From: Candidatus Nomurabacteria bacterium
GTDB lineage: Bacteria > Patescibacteriota > Minisyncoccia > Phycocordibacterales > UBA9973
Direction of reading: 5' to 3'
Assembly: GCA_016699365.1 (NCBI GenBank)
Contig: CP064973.1
Location: 64,195 to 128,194 of the forward strand
DNA length: 64,000 nt
Every line of letters begins with the position of its first letter. Within the stretch, counting starts at the first letter, position 1. The notes beneath the pieces were generated by a model, which worked only from the letters and a program-made list of their open reading frames with translations, was not told the DNA's origin and did no database searches. Below are positions 47,600-56,478 of this stretch, one piece after another. Position numbers and translations under genes: made by a program.

Positions 47600-47989
47600 T
47601 TATTCTTTGAAATCTATAGAACATGAATTTACACAAAAATGTTTGCCGGTTTTTGCGTGACTATCATCAAACAGGTGCCCCAAATGTGAGCCACATTTCG
47701 AACAAACCACCTCTGTACGCTTCATACCAAGTGAATCATCGTCTTTAAATTCCACAGAACCTGGAATAGCTTCATCAAAAGACGGCCAACCCTGAAGTCC
47801 AGACGGACCAGAATTTGAATCCATCTTTGTATCAGAAGAAAACAGAACTTGTCCGCACACTTTGCATGTGTAAGCGCCCTTTTCATTGTGATTCACAAAT
47901 TTACCGGAAAATGGCACCTCAGTTCCCTTTTCTTGGGTAACGTGATATTCCTCGGCTGATAATTTTTGTTTTAGTTCGTCTTTATTCAT
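47600..47989 (-). CDS. msrB: peptide-methionine (R)-S-oxide reductase
   Basis: 129 aa. Two CxxC pairs (CKVCGQ, CSKCGSHLGH), the GWPSF motif and a C-terminal catalytic Cys context. Confidence 0.85.
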   Translation of the reverse strand: MNKDELKQKLSAEEYHVTQEKGTEVPFSGKFVNHNEKGAYTCKVCGQVLFSSDTKMDSNSGPSGLQGWPSFDEAIPGSVEFKDDDSLGMKRTEVVCSKCGSHLGHLFDDSHAKTGKHFCVNSCSIDFKE

Positions 47990-48074
47990 ACTTTCATTGT
48001 AACATTTGTGTCAAATTTGCAGGTTTGACATGGGTATCGTTTTAAAATAATATGAGGGCAAACAAAAGTTATTT

Positions 48075-49220
48075 ATGCAAAACTTTACACATCCTGTCTG
48101 GGCCGAATATATATGGATAGACGGCCAGGAAACGGGCAAGCTCCGGTCAAAAGCTCAAAGAATTGAATACCCTGAAGGATTGATGGGTAAGCTCGCTGTA
48201 TCTAAAATTCCCGAATGGGGGTTTGACGGATCAAGTACAATGCAAGCCGAAGGTCACTTCAGCGACTGCGCACTCAAACCAGTCTATGCAGTACTCGATC
48301 CGGTACGAGGAGGAAGGAATATTCTCGTATTGTGTGAGGTAATGAATCCTGATGGTTCACCTCACAAAACAAATACGAGACATCATCTCTTTCAAACTAT
48401 TGCAAAATATCCGGAAGCAGAAGCATGGGCCGGTATCGAACAAGAGTACACGCTCTATGGAGCAAACGGAAGACCATTTGGTTGGCCTAAAAAAGGCAAT
48501 CCTGATCCACAGGGTAAGTATTATTGTGGTGTAGGTTTTGACGAAGTGCACGGAAGACCACTTGTGGAGGCTCATATGAAAGCTTGTGTGGATGCTGGAA
48601 TTTCTATCACCGGTGAAAATGGTGAGGTAATGCCAAGCCAACATGAATTCCAAATTGCAGTCAGAGATGCGCTGGAATGTGCAGATCAGCTATGGATTGC
48701 ACGCTGGCTTTTGTATAGACTCGGCGAAGACTTTGGAGCATATGCCAAACTTGATCCTAAGCCTATGAGTGGCGACTGGAACGGAGCTGGAGGACATGTG
48801 AACTTCTCAACCAAATCTATGCGAGAAGAAGGTGGAATCAAGGTCATTCGTGAAGCTTGCGAAAAACTTTCCAAATCTCACTGTGAACATATGGCAGTGT
48901 ACGGAGTAGACAATGACAAACGTCTGACCGGTAAGCATGAAACATGTTCATACAAACAATTTCGTTTTGGTGTAAGCAACCGCGGAGCATCAATCCGGAT
49001 TCCTATGGCCACAGCAAAGAATAACAAAGGCTATCTGGAAGATCGCAGACCTGCTGCAAATCTCGATCCGTATAAAGTACTTACAGCTTTGATGGAAACA
49101 ATTTGTGGAGATGGTTTCAATCCGAAAAATTTTGGATGGAAGCCTGATCTGGTTGTGACAGAATATGCTGTACTTTTTGAAAAGAATGCTGATATCCCGG
49201 TTGAGCAGCCGACAATATAA
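48075..49220 (+). CDS. glnII: glutamine synthetase, type II (eukaryote-like GSII)
   Basis: 381 aa. GKYYCGVG signature and the overall size and layout of GSII rather than the 12-mer GSI. Local GC looks elevated. Confidence 0.75.
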   Translation: MQNFTHPVWAEYIWIDGQETGKLRSKAQRIEYPEGLMGKLAVSKIPEWGFDGSSTMQAEGHFSDCALKPVYAVLDPVRGGRNILVLCEVMNPDGSPHKTNTRHHLFQTIAKYPEAEAWAGIEQEYTLYGANGRPFGWPKKGNPDPQGKYYCGVGFDEVHGRPLVEAHMKACVDAGISITGENGEVMPSQHEFQIAVRDALECADQLWIARWLLYRLGEDFGAYAKLDPKPMSGDWNGAGGHVNFSTKSMREEGGIKVIREACEKLSKSHCEHMAVYGVDNDKRLTGKHETCSYKQFRFGVSNRGASIRIPMATAKNNKGYLEDRRPAANLDPYKVLTALMETICGDGFNPKNFGWKPDLVVTEYAVLFEKNADIPVEQPTI

Positions 49221-49225
49221 CAAAA

Positions 49226-49266
49226 CAATCCCCCGAAAATTCGGGGGATTTAATTTTTATTTTTGG
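49226..49266 (+). terminator. rho-independent terminator
   Basis: atcccccgaa-aat-tcgggggat hairpin followed by T-rich run. Confidence 0.65.
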
Positions 49267-49315
49267 AAAGATCTATCCTGGTATTGGAAAATACATCGAA
49301 ATTCTAATTGTAGTT

Positions 49316-49603
49316 TCATCTGATCGGATTGTCATCACATATTCCATCATCGTGCCACATTATAAAGGCATTACCATGAACCATTATCAAAGACCTCCAA
49401 AAGATGAACTCATTCCATGCAGGGTATGCTACACACAAGCTTCTGCTATATCTTTTCTCAGCTTCTCTTTCACCCGAGTTAAAATTCAAAACTATTTCTA
49501 AACTGTTCAATCCCAAATTCGTTTTCTGGGTTTCCAGCACATTGGTTTCAGGTGAAAATATCTTCCCATCTTCATCTGGCTTGCATACAATTGAAAATAT
49601 CAC
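49316..49603 (-). CDS. hypothetical ORF, possibly a gene remnant
   Basis: 95-aa ORF in a ~1 kb region otherwise lacking long ORFs. The neighbouring minus-strand frames contain stop-interrupted protein-like stretches (…IVYEIPQKDPKEEEDAVGWMEKAALVAEKALCLRAKLEE*). Confidence 0.2.
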   Translation of the reverse strand: MIFSIVCKPDEDGKIFSPETNVLETQKTNLGLNSLEIVLNFNSGEREAEKRYSRSLCVAYPAWNEFIFWRSLIMVHGNAFIMWHDDGICDDNPIR

Positions 49604-50031
49604 GAACCATACATTTGGCTTTCTTCATAACTTTTGTCTTCATTTAATCTTGCTCTGAGTAAAGTCGATATTCAAATTCATCGAGGATAAGCATTTTATC
49701 ATTTTCACAAATACTTTTCCTCCGTTCTAACAATCACTCTTCCAATTTTGCACGCAAACACAGTGCCTTTTCAGCCACAAGAGCTGCTTTCTCCATCCAT
49801 CCAACTGCATCCTCTTCTTCTTTTGGGTCTTTTTGAGGTATTTCATAAACAATGTTTGTAAATTAAAAATATTTGTGGAAAGCAAGAGATTTGAAACTTA
49901 CAGTTTCAGTACACCTTTTCGATGAATTCGGAATAAATTCCTCATTCATAACGAAAAGCTCTTCAAATCTCTCACGCGAGCAAAGCAGTTTGCTCGCTCG
50001 TCTCCGCAGTTCTTCACTGCGTTCAGACCTG

Positions 50032-50118
50032 CGGAGACGGAGAGATTTGAACTCTCGAAGGCTTTGACACCTTGCCGCCTTTCCAAGGTAGTGCACTAGA
50101 CCGCTATGCGACGTCTCC
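50032..50118 (-). tRNA. tRNA-Ser (anticodon GGA), class II tRNA with long variable arm, CCA not encoded
   Basis: Minus strand: GGAGACG-TC-GCAT...TGC (D arm, GG in loop) - anticodon loop TTGGAAA (U33, GGA, A37) - 18-nt variable hairpin (AAGG/CCTT) - T arm GAGAG-TTCAAAT-CTCTC - CGTCTCC-G. Perfect 7-bp acceptor stem. One A-C mismatch in the anticodon stem. Confidence 0.8.
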
Positions 50119-50269
50119 ATAGCCCTCACCCGGAGGTGAGAGCAGGTTGCCGCGCCGATAGCTAACCCCTTCGGTGGAAACATTAATACGTGTCCACCTA
50201 AACTTAAAGAACTCTACGTCTATACTAACGATTAAAAGAAAACCTGCAAGTTTATTGCAGGTTTTTATC

Positions 50270-51142
50270 TTATTTATTCAACAAAGCTTTCACTCTATCC
50301 TCTACTGGAGGATGCGTCGCGAACAATCCTCGAACTTTACCTCCAAACGGATTTGCAATAAAAAGGTGTGCTGTAGCTTTGTGTGCTTTTTGTAGTGGTG
50401 CGCTATGTGAAGAAATCTTCTGTAGTGCGCTCGCAAGACCTTCTGGATAACGTGTAAGTAGTGCACCAGATGCATCAGCTAGAAATTCGCGTTTGCGTGA
50501 TATAGAGAGCTGCACAAGCATCGCAAATATCGGCGCGAGTATCGCAAGCACTATTCCTACAATCATAAGAATACTTCCACCTTTAGAATCATTGTCACGC
50601 CCGCCAAAGATTTGTGAGCGTAAAAATATATCAGCAATAAGAGAAATAAACCCAGCCAGCACTACTGCTATTGTTGAGACTAAAATATCTCTATTCCCTA
50701 TGTGAGAAAGTTCGTGCGCAGCGACGCCTTCTAGTTCAGTTCTATCTAAAATATCTAATATACCTGTTGTAAAAGCCACTGCTGCATGCTCTTTGTTGCG
50801 ACCAGTTGCAAATGCGTTCGGTGCAGAGTCGTTTATGATATACACTTTCGGTTTTGGAATACCAGCTGTAATAGAAAGATTTTCGATAATATTGTGGAGT
50901 TCCCTGTATTGAACTTCGTCGGCTGGCTTTGCTCCTGACACACGGAGTGCAATCTTTGCACTATTCCAATAAGCAAAAATATTCATAAATATGGAAAAGA
51001 TAAAAAATCCATAAAGAATACTCGGATTACCGTAGACTTGTGAAAACACAAATCCAATACCGACAATCAAAACCAAAAACGTAGACATGAGAAGCCATGT
51101 ACGCCGAACATTTTTATCTTGTTGTGTGTAAAGTGTTGCCAT
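50270..51142 (-). CDS. htpX: zinc metalloprotease HtpX (M48)
   Basis: 290 aa. N-terminal TM helices, HELSHIGNRD (HExxH) motif, HtpX-like layout. Confidence 0.85.
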   Translation of the reverse strand: MATLYTQQDKNVRRTWLLMSTFLVLIVGIGFVFSQVYGNPSILYGFFIFSIFMNIFAYWNSAKIALRVSGAKPADEVQYRELHNIIENLSITAGIPKPKVYIINDSAPNAFATGRNKEHAAVAFTTGILDILDRTELEGVAAHELSHIGNRDILVSTIAVVLAGFISLIADIFLRSQIFGGRDNDSKGGSILMIVGIVLAILAPIFAMLVQLSISRKREFLADASGALLTRYPEGLASALQKISSHSAPLQKAHKATAHLFIANPFGGKVRGLFATHPPVEDRVKALLNK

Positions 51143-51170
51143 AATTTATTTAAACTCTAGATCAAGCCTT

Positions 51171-51674
51171 TTATTTTAAATTATATTTATCAACAAAGTA
51201 GGAATTTGGATTGCCTTGTGTATAAGCTTGTCCATACACTACCTCATTACATGCCCCAACCAATGCCTCACAAATACCAGAGGGTGTATAAGTTGCGAGC
51301 TCATAAGATGTCAGACAATCACCCATTATTGCACCCTGCTCATTGTAATAAACCACATTTAGATCTGCGATTCTAGAATCTTTTTTTAACATAAACTGTG
51401 TCCCGTCTGCCCAGTGACATTCAGCTATCTCCGCATAAGGATATGTGGAAACAAGTCCTTTTAAGAAAACAATCGTTGGGTCTACAGGCTTTGATTGCGT
51501 AACTTCCGGTTCTTCTTCTTTTACAACCACGTCCTTTACCACACTTGTTTCTATATCACTTTCGATTCGCTCAGATACTTTGTCATTTACTGCGAGCATC
51601 CAAATACCGATTGCAAGCAAAATGATAACGGTAATGAGAAGTATTGTATTTAATTTTGAATTATTATTTTGCAT
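51171..51674 (-). CDS. hypothetical membrane-anchored/secreted protein
   Basis: 167 aa. N-terminal hydrophobic anchor (ILLITVIILLAIGIWMLAV). Confidence 0.4.
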   Translation of the reverse strand: MQNNNSKLNTILLITVIILLAIGIWMLAVNDKVSERIESDIETSVVKDVVVKEEEPEVTQSKPVDPTIVFLKGLVSTYPYAEIAECHWADGTQFMLKKDSRIADLNVVYYNEQGAIMGDCLTSYELATYTPSGICEALVGACNEVVYGQAYTQGNPNSYFVDKYNLK

Positions 51675-51679
51675 AAAAA

Positions 51680-52179
51680 CTATTGAATTATAATCGGAAT
51701 ATAGATTGCCTTGTCGTTTTCTGGTAATCCTGATGCATTGTCGTTGTGAATCTCAATAAATGCGAGTCCTGATGGAAGTCCTGTAAAATCAATTGTCCCT
51801 GTAAAAGATACTGGACCTACGGTCATCCAATCTGTGATTGCGTTACCATGGCTTACACGAAGCAAATTTTTATTCTCGTCTAAGATATTTAGTAAAACAT
51901 TGCCTTCGAAAAAGTATCCACCTTTTATATTTCCACTAAATACAATTGGTTGCTTTACAACAGAATCCCCGGCATAATCGATGCAGATATAAAGTTCGCA
52001 GTATCTCCTTCTAGAGCAGGAACTGTTGTGTCTGGAACATCTATATCAACAATCGTATCTTTTGGTAAATCGTCCACTACTACGTTTCTATCTTTTACAT
52101 ACACCAAAAAAGCTATTACCATTACGAGGAACAGTATTAAGAATCCCGCTAGATAATCAAAAAATTTATGTAGTGTCAT
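51680..52179 (-). pseudogene. frameshifted hypothetical membrane-anchored protein (two ORF pieces 51955..52179 and 51680..51865)
   Basis: The N-terminal piece (MTLHKFFDYLAGFLILFLVMVIAF...) ends at a stop. A second frame continues without a start codon (…IDYAGDSVVKQPIVFSGNIKGGYFFEGNVLLN...LRVSHGNAITDWM...) up to 51680. Shift lies near 51975-52020. No homopolymer at the site. Confidence 0.4.
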
Positions 52180-52185
52180 CGTGTT

Positions 52186-52743
52186 TTAGAATTTTACTTC
52201 CACTGGCTTACTCTCCACTCCATCATCTGGAATATCAAAGAATTCCATTTTTGCAAATGAAAACATTTTTACAAATATATTTCCTGGAAACATTTCAATC
52301 TTTGTATTTAAGTCACGAACGTTCGTGTTGTAAAAACGTCGCGCTGCTTGAATCTTGTTTTCAGTATCTGATAGTTCACGTTGAAGTTCCATAAAGTTCA
52401 CATTTGCTTTCAAGTCGGGATATGCCTCTGCGATACCGAAAAGCCCTGTGATAGCTTGTCCGAGCATAGCCTCAGTTTTTCCATGCTCACCTGCAGTTTT
52501 TGCCCCCATAGCAGCAGCACGAGCCTGTGTGACCTTCTCGAAGGCAGTAGATTCATGAGTCGCATAACCTTTTACAGTAGAAACAAGGTTTGGGATGAGG
52601 TCATAGCGACGTTTTAGCTGGACTTCAATATCCGCCCAAGCTTCTTTTGTGCGATTTACAAGACGAACAAAGCCGTTGTACATCCCGATCGAGAACACGA
52701 CCAGAACAGCTAGAATAATTAATACGATGATTAGTGGTGACAT
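52186..52743 (-). CDS. lemA: LemA family protein
   Basis: 185 aa. N-terminal TM, then MYNGFVRLVNRTKEAWADIEVQLKRRYDLIPNLV, typical of LemA. Confidence 0.8.
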   Translation of the reverse strand: MSPLIIVLIILAVLVVFSIGMYNGFVRLVNRTKEAWADIEVQLKRRYDLIPNLVSTVKGYATHESTAFEKVTQARAAAMGAKTAGEHGKTEAMLGQAITGLFGIAEAYPDLKANVNFMELQRELSDTENKIQAARRFYNTNVRDLNTKIEMFPGNIFVKMFSFAKMEFFDIPDDGVESKPVEVKF

Positions 52744-52836
52744 AAAATTTATTTAAAATAAAGCGATAAAGCGACTTCTTGTATTATAACAAAAAACAGA
52801 GATATATCAGTTTGACTTTTTATTAAATTTGATGTA

Positions 52837-53145
52837 TTGTTTGCAAAAAATGAAATGTCAAAAATACTCAACCTTGACGAATTAGAATTACTACAAAGAC
52901 AAGGGCTCTGCGAAGACATACGAAACAAACTTAGCGCCCCTCTCTCACTCGCAGATATAGTCTTGAACTTTTTTGATAATACAGAATTGAACGAAGAGAA
53001 AAAGAAAGAGTGTATAAGGATAGCTATAGATGCTGCGAAAATTTCAAAAGACAGTATAGAGCACATAACCGCAAGCCTCGATTACATATTATCTCTATCA
53101 AATGAGAAAATACCAGAATTGATAAGAGGAAATAGAAAAAAGTAA
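52837..53145 (+). CDS. hypothetical protein
   Basis: 102-aa ORF, followed by hairpin terminator (aaaaaccactaattagtggttttt, about 53149-53173). Confidence 0.35.
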   Translation: MFAKNEMSKILNLDELELLQRQGLCEDIRNKLSAPLSLADIVLNFFDNTELNEEKKKECIRIAIDAAKISKDSIEHITASLDYILSLSNEKIPELIRGNRKK

Positions 53146-53236
53146 CAAAAAACCACTAATTAGTGGTTTTTATTTTATATTACGTCTTATTTGACTTTTC
53201 ACATAAAAAGTGATATAATACCATAAAACGTATATC

Positions 53237-53488
53237 ATGAAAAAAATATTCAATACAAAAACTTCGAAAGGTTTGTTAAACCTAGCAACATTTTCTGTGT
53301 TTCTATGCATGTTGGCATTCACTGCTGCGGCATACCACAGAGCATTTATCGACGGCACCCTTACCCCTATTATTAAATGGGGATTTGCATACAATATGCT
53401 ATGTTTAGCATTTGTATTTGAGGTTACGACATTTTTACTCCTTTTCTGGTTAATTATGAAGCGTCGTAAAGAAAAGGCTGTTGAATAG
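53237..53488 (+). CDS. hypothetical small membrane protein
   Basis: 83 aa with 2 predicted TM helices. Terminator at about 53520-53550. Confidence 0.35.
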   Translation: MKKIFNTKTSKGLLNLATFSVFLCMLAFTAAAYHRAFIDGTLTPIIKWGFAYNMLCLAFVFEVTTFLLLFWLIMKRRKEKAVE

Positions 53489-53551
53489 CAGTAAATGATT
53501 ATAAATAAATAAAAATAAAAAAAACCGCCTACCTTGAGGCGGTTTAATTTT

Positions 53552-54463
53552 TTATTTTTTTAGCTTCCTAGCTCTTCTCTGCTCCCAAGCCACAAGTAAT
53601 GGAGATGCTAAAAATATAGATGAATATGTTCCGAAAAACATTCCCGCAGTAAGCATTATTGCAAAGTACCGAGTAGATTCTGGACCAAACACTGCAAGTG
53701 CTGCTAGGGCCAATATCACAGTCAAAGATGTATTTATGGAGCGAGTAAATGTCTGGGATATACTTTTTCCTACAGTTTCTTTGAAATCTTCTTCCTTGTT
53801 TTTATCTAAATTATCCTTTAGATTTTCTCTGATTCTGTCGAACACAACAATAGTATCTGAAACTGAAAGACCCAATATAGTTAGGATTGAAACTATCAAC
53901 AGCGTATCAACTTCAAGATTTTTAAAACTTGCTATAGCTGCAAATATTCCAAGAGGTATCAGAACATCGTGCAAAAGTGTACACACAGCGATAATTCCGT
54001 ATTTCCAAGAAGAAACTGGTTTTGAAACTTTTCTAAATGCATATGCAATAAACAAGACTATTCCGAAACATACTAAGATGATCTGAATTATTGCCTTCCT
54101 TTTCAATTCCGTCCCAACAGAAGGGCCCACTGAGTTGAAACTTATTTCTTCTATACTCACTGTGCCTGATAAGCCAAGTGCATTGAACAAAGACTGTCTT
54201 TCTACATCAGTTAAATCACGAGTTTTTACAAGATATCCATTTTCACCAGCTGGTTGAAATATAGGACCTATATCAAGACCTGAAACTTCATTTTCTAAAA
54301 TAGATACTTCTGGTCTACCAGATGGATAGTTAACTTCCATTACTGCCCCACCTTTGAAATCAATTCCTAGACTAAGTCCAAAATAAGCAATACTCGATAC
54401 AGCTAAAAGGACCAAGGCAACTGACAACCAGATAAATATTTTTTTGTACTTGATGATAAACAT
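53552..54463 (-). CDS. secF: protein-export membrane protein SecF
   Basis: 303 aa. GIDFKGGAVMEV start region and the SecF TM topology. Directly downstream of secD. Confidence 0.85.
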   Translation of the reverse strand: MFIIKYKKIFIWLSVALVLLAVSSIAYFGLSLGIDFKGGAVMEVNYPSGRPEVSILENEVSGLDIGPIFQPAGENGYLVKTRDLTDVERQSLFNALGLSGTVSIEEISFNSVGPSVGTELKRKAIIQIILVCFGIVLFIAYAFRKVSKPVSSWKYGIIAVCTLLHDVLIPLGIFAAIASFKNLEVDTLLIVSILTILGLSVSDTIVVFDRIRENLKDNLDKNKEEDFKETVGKSISQTFTRSINTSLTVILALAALAVFGPESTRYFAIMLTAGMFFGTYSSIFLASPLLVAWEQRRARKLKK

Positions 54464-54464
54464 A

Positions 54465-55847
54465 TTATTTTGAAAATCCTGAACTAAATAAAAATCTAGT
54501 AATCTTATTGGTCTTTTTAATATTCAATGCGTACAAGAATAATCTAGTTATAGATATAGCAGAAACAAGAGATATGATAACACCAAGACCAAAAGTAAGT
54601 GCGAAACCTTGGATAACTGATGTTCCAAATATGAAAAGTATTAAAGCTGTAATAATACTTGAAGTATTAGAATCACGGATAGATAGCCATGCTCGTTCAA
54701 ATCCTGTGTGAATTGCATCCGAAATACTTCTATCGTGTTTTCTAATTTCTTCTTTTATGCGTTCAAATATAAGAACATTGGCATCTACAGCAATACCTAT
54801 AGATATGATAAATCCAGCAATACCGGCAGCAGTAAGCGTAATCGGAATAATCTTGAATAATGCGAGCATCATAACTATATACATAACCAAAGCTATAACA
54901 GCAATAAGTCCTGGAAGTCTGTACCAGAAAATAAGAAAAGCAGATATCAATAAAAATCCAATCAGTCCTGCAGAAACACCAGCTTCTACAGCACTAGCTC
55001 CTAGTGTTGCCCCAACTGTCTGAGTAGATATAAGTTCAATAGGTACAGGCAGTGCTCCTGAATTTAGACGGCCAACTAGCTGCTTTGCTTCTTGAGGTGT
55101 AAATAGACCTGTTATTTGAGCCTGACCACCCGATATAACAGATCTAACTACTGGAGTCGATATAGGTGAACCGTCCAAATATATAGCAACTGTTTTTCCT
55201 ATGTTCTCTCGTGTGATGTCTTCAAACATCTTTGCACCTTGTTCATCAAACTGCAGGGAGACTATAGGTTCACGTGTTGAGGGATCAAATTCGAGAGTTG
55301 CTCTTTTTAGATATCTTCCTGTTAGCTCAGTGCTTATATAATTTAAATTATTTAGATTTATACTATCTAGGTTTATATTTCCATCAACTACATTACTAGC
55401 ATCCAATTGAATTGGCGCGTTCGGATCTGGATTTTCTATTTTAAATTCAAGAAGTGGAGTCTGCCCTATCATCTCTACAGCCTCATCAATGTCTGTAACC
55501 CCAGGTAAATCTATAGACAATCTTTCTTCTTGATTGTTTGCAAAACTTCCCTCTTGTACCTGAACAACTGGCTCTGCAACACCAAACAAATTGACTCTGC
55601 GCTCTATAACATCACGCAGTGCATTCATAGAATCGTCCACCTCAGAAGGAGTTATGGCACTAGTATCAGCTCTGTAGACCAAATGTGTTCCACCAGAAAG
55701 ATCCAAGCCTAGTTTAAATTTAAAATTCTCAAAAAAAGCAGGTGTCGAAAATATTGCTTTATCTTTGTTTTCTGAACCTACAACAAAGTAACCTACGAGG
55801 AGGCCAAATATCAAAACTATTACAGCTAAAATTCTTGTTTTAATCAT
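54465..55847 (-). CDS. secD: protein-export membrane protein SecD
   Basis: 460 aa. Periplasmic domain followed by a 6-TM region with SecD-like motifs. Confidence 0.85.
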   Translation of the reverse strand: MIKTRILAVIVLIFGLLVGYFVVGSENKDKAIFSTPAFFENFKFKLGLDLSGGTHLVYRADTSAITPSEVDDSMNALRDVIERRVNLFGVAEPVVQVQEGSFANNQEERLSIDLPGVTDIDEAVEMIGQTPLLEFKIENPDPNAPIQLDASNVVDGNINLDSINLNNLNYISTELTGRYLKRATLEFDPSTREPIVSLQFDEQGAKMFEDITRENIGKTVAIYLDGSPISTPVVRSVISGGQAQITGLFTPQEAKQLVGRLNSGALPVPIELISTQTVGATLGASAVEAGVSAGLIGFLLISAFLIFWYRLPGLIAVIALVMYIVMMLALFKIIPITLTAAGIAGFIISIGIAVDANVLIFERIKEEIRKHDRSISDAIHTGFERAWLSIRDSNTSSIITALILFIFGTSVIQGFALTFGLGVIISLVSAISITRLFLYALNIKKTNKITRFLFSSGFSK

Positions 55848-55902
55848 ATCAATATAATAGGCCTATTCTATATTTTTTAATATAAAACGCAAACTTGACC
55901 TT

Positions 55903-56476
55903 TTACCAATTTAGTATCCTTTTTACTTTAGGTCTAAGGGATCTGTATACAACAAAAGAAGTAACCGCCCCCAAAACAAACCCCGCTAAAATATCAAATG
56001 GAAAATGTACACCTGCAACAATCCTAGATACACCAATAATCAAAGCTCCTAGAAGATAGAAAATTCCAATTCTTTTGTGGTACATAAAAAGAGCAACTCC
56101 TAGCGCAGAAAAAAAAAGTTGCGTGCCCAGAAGGAAAAGAGTCATAACTACCATAATCAAAAAGTGGTTTTATTTCTGTGTAAGTTATAAAAGGCCTCGG
56201 ACTGTCGAAAATATCCTTTAAAATAAGGACGAAAAGCCATGACAGAAATGCGGACGTGAGAATGACAGAAGCTTCCCCGATCTTTCTTTTCACCTTATCA
56301 AAAGAATACTGGGAACCTTCTTCGTCGTGATGAAATATCAGAAACAAAAATACTCCAACTGTTAGCAGTGTACCGAAAGATGTGGCCAAGAATACAACAA
56401 TAGAATCAAAAAACACAGACTCCGATGTAAGGCTATTTAAGAAAATAAATATATTTTTATCTAATATTCCAATCAT
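55903..56476 (-). pseudogene. PAP2-family phosphatase (undecaprenyl-diphosphatase-like), frameshifted at a T9 homopolymer
   Basis: PAP2 motifs 1 and 2 (KDIFDSPRP, PSGHATFF) lie in ORF 56024..56476. Motif 3 (SRIVAGVHFPFD) lies in the overlapping ORF 55903..56160 in another frame. The frame switch maps to the A9/T9 run at 56104-56112. Likely sequencing/assembly indel or a slippage tract. Confidence 0.65.
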
Positions 56477-56478
56477 AA

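Noticed and set aside
49863-50183. 106-aa minus-strand ORF and 64-aa plus-strand ORF
   Set aside because: They overlap the tRNA-Ser(GGA) gene and its GC-rich structured flanks. tRNA structure is a better explanation.
50119-50215. Candidate SRP RNA (4.5S), tmRNA piece or second tRNA next to tRNA-Ser
   Set aside because: Contains stable hairpins and an AGCAG string. I could not match the SRP domain IV consensus, a tmRNA tRNA-like domain, or a cloverleaf. It is left as unassigned structured sequence in the findings.
55903-56476. Treating 56024..56476 and 55903..56160 as two separate overlapping genes
   Set aside because: PAP2 motifs 1-2 and motif 3 are split between them. The frame switch maps exactly to a T9 run, so this is one gene with an indel.
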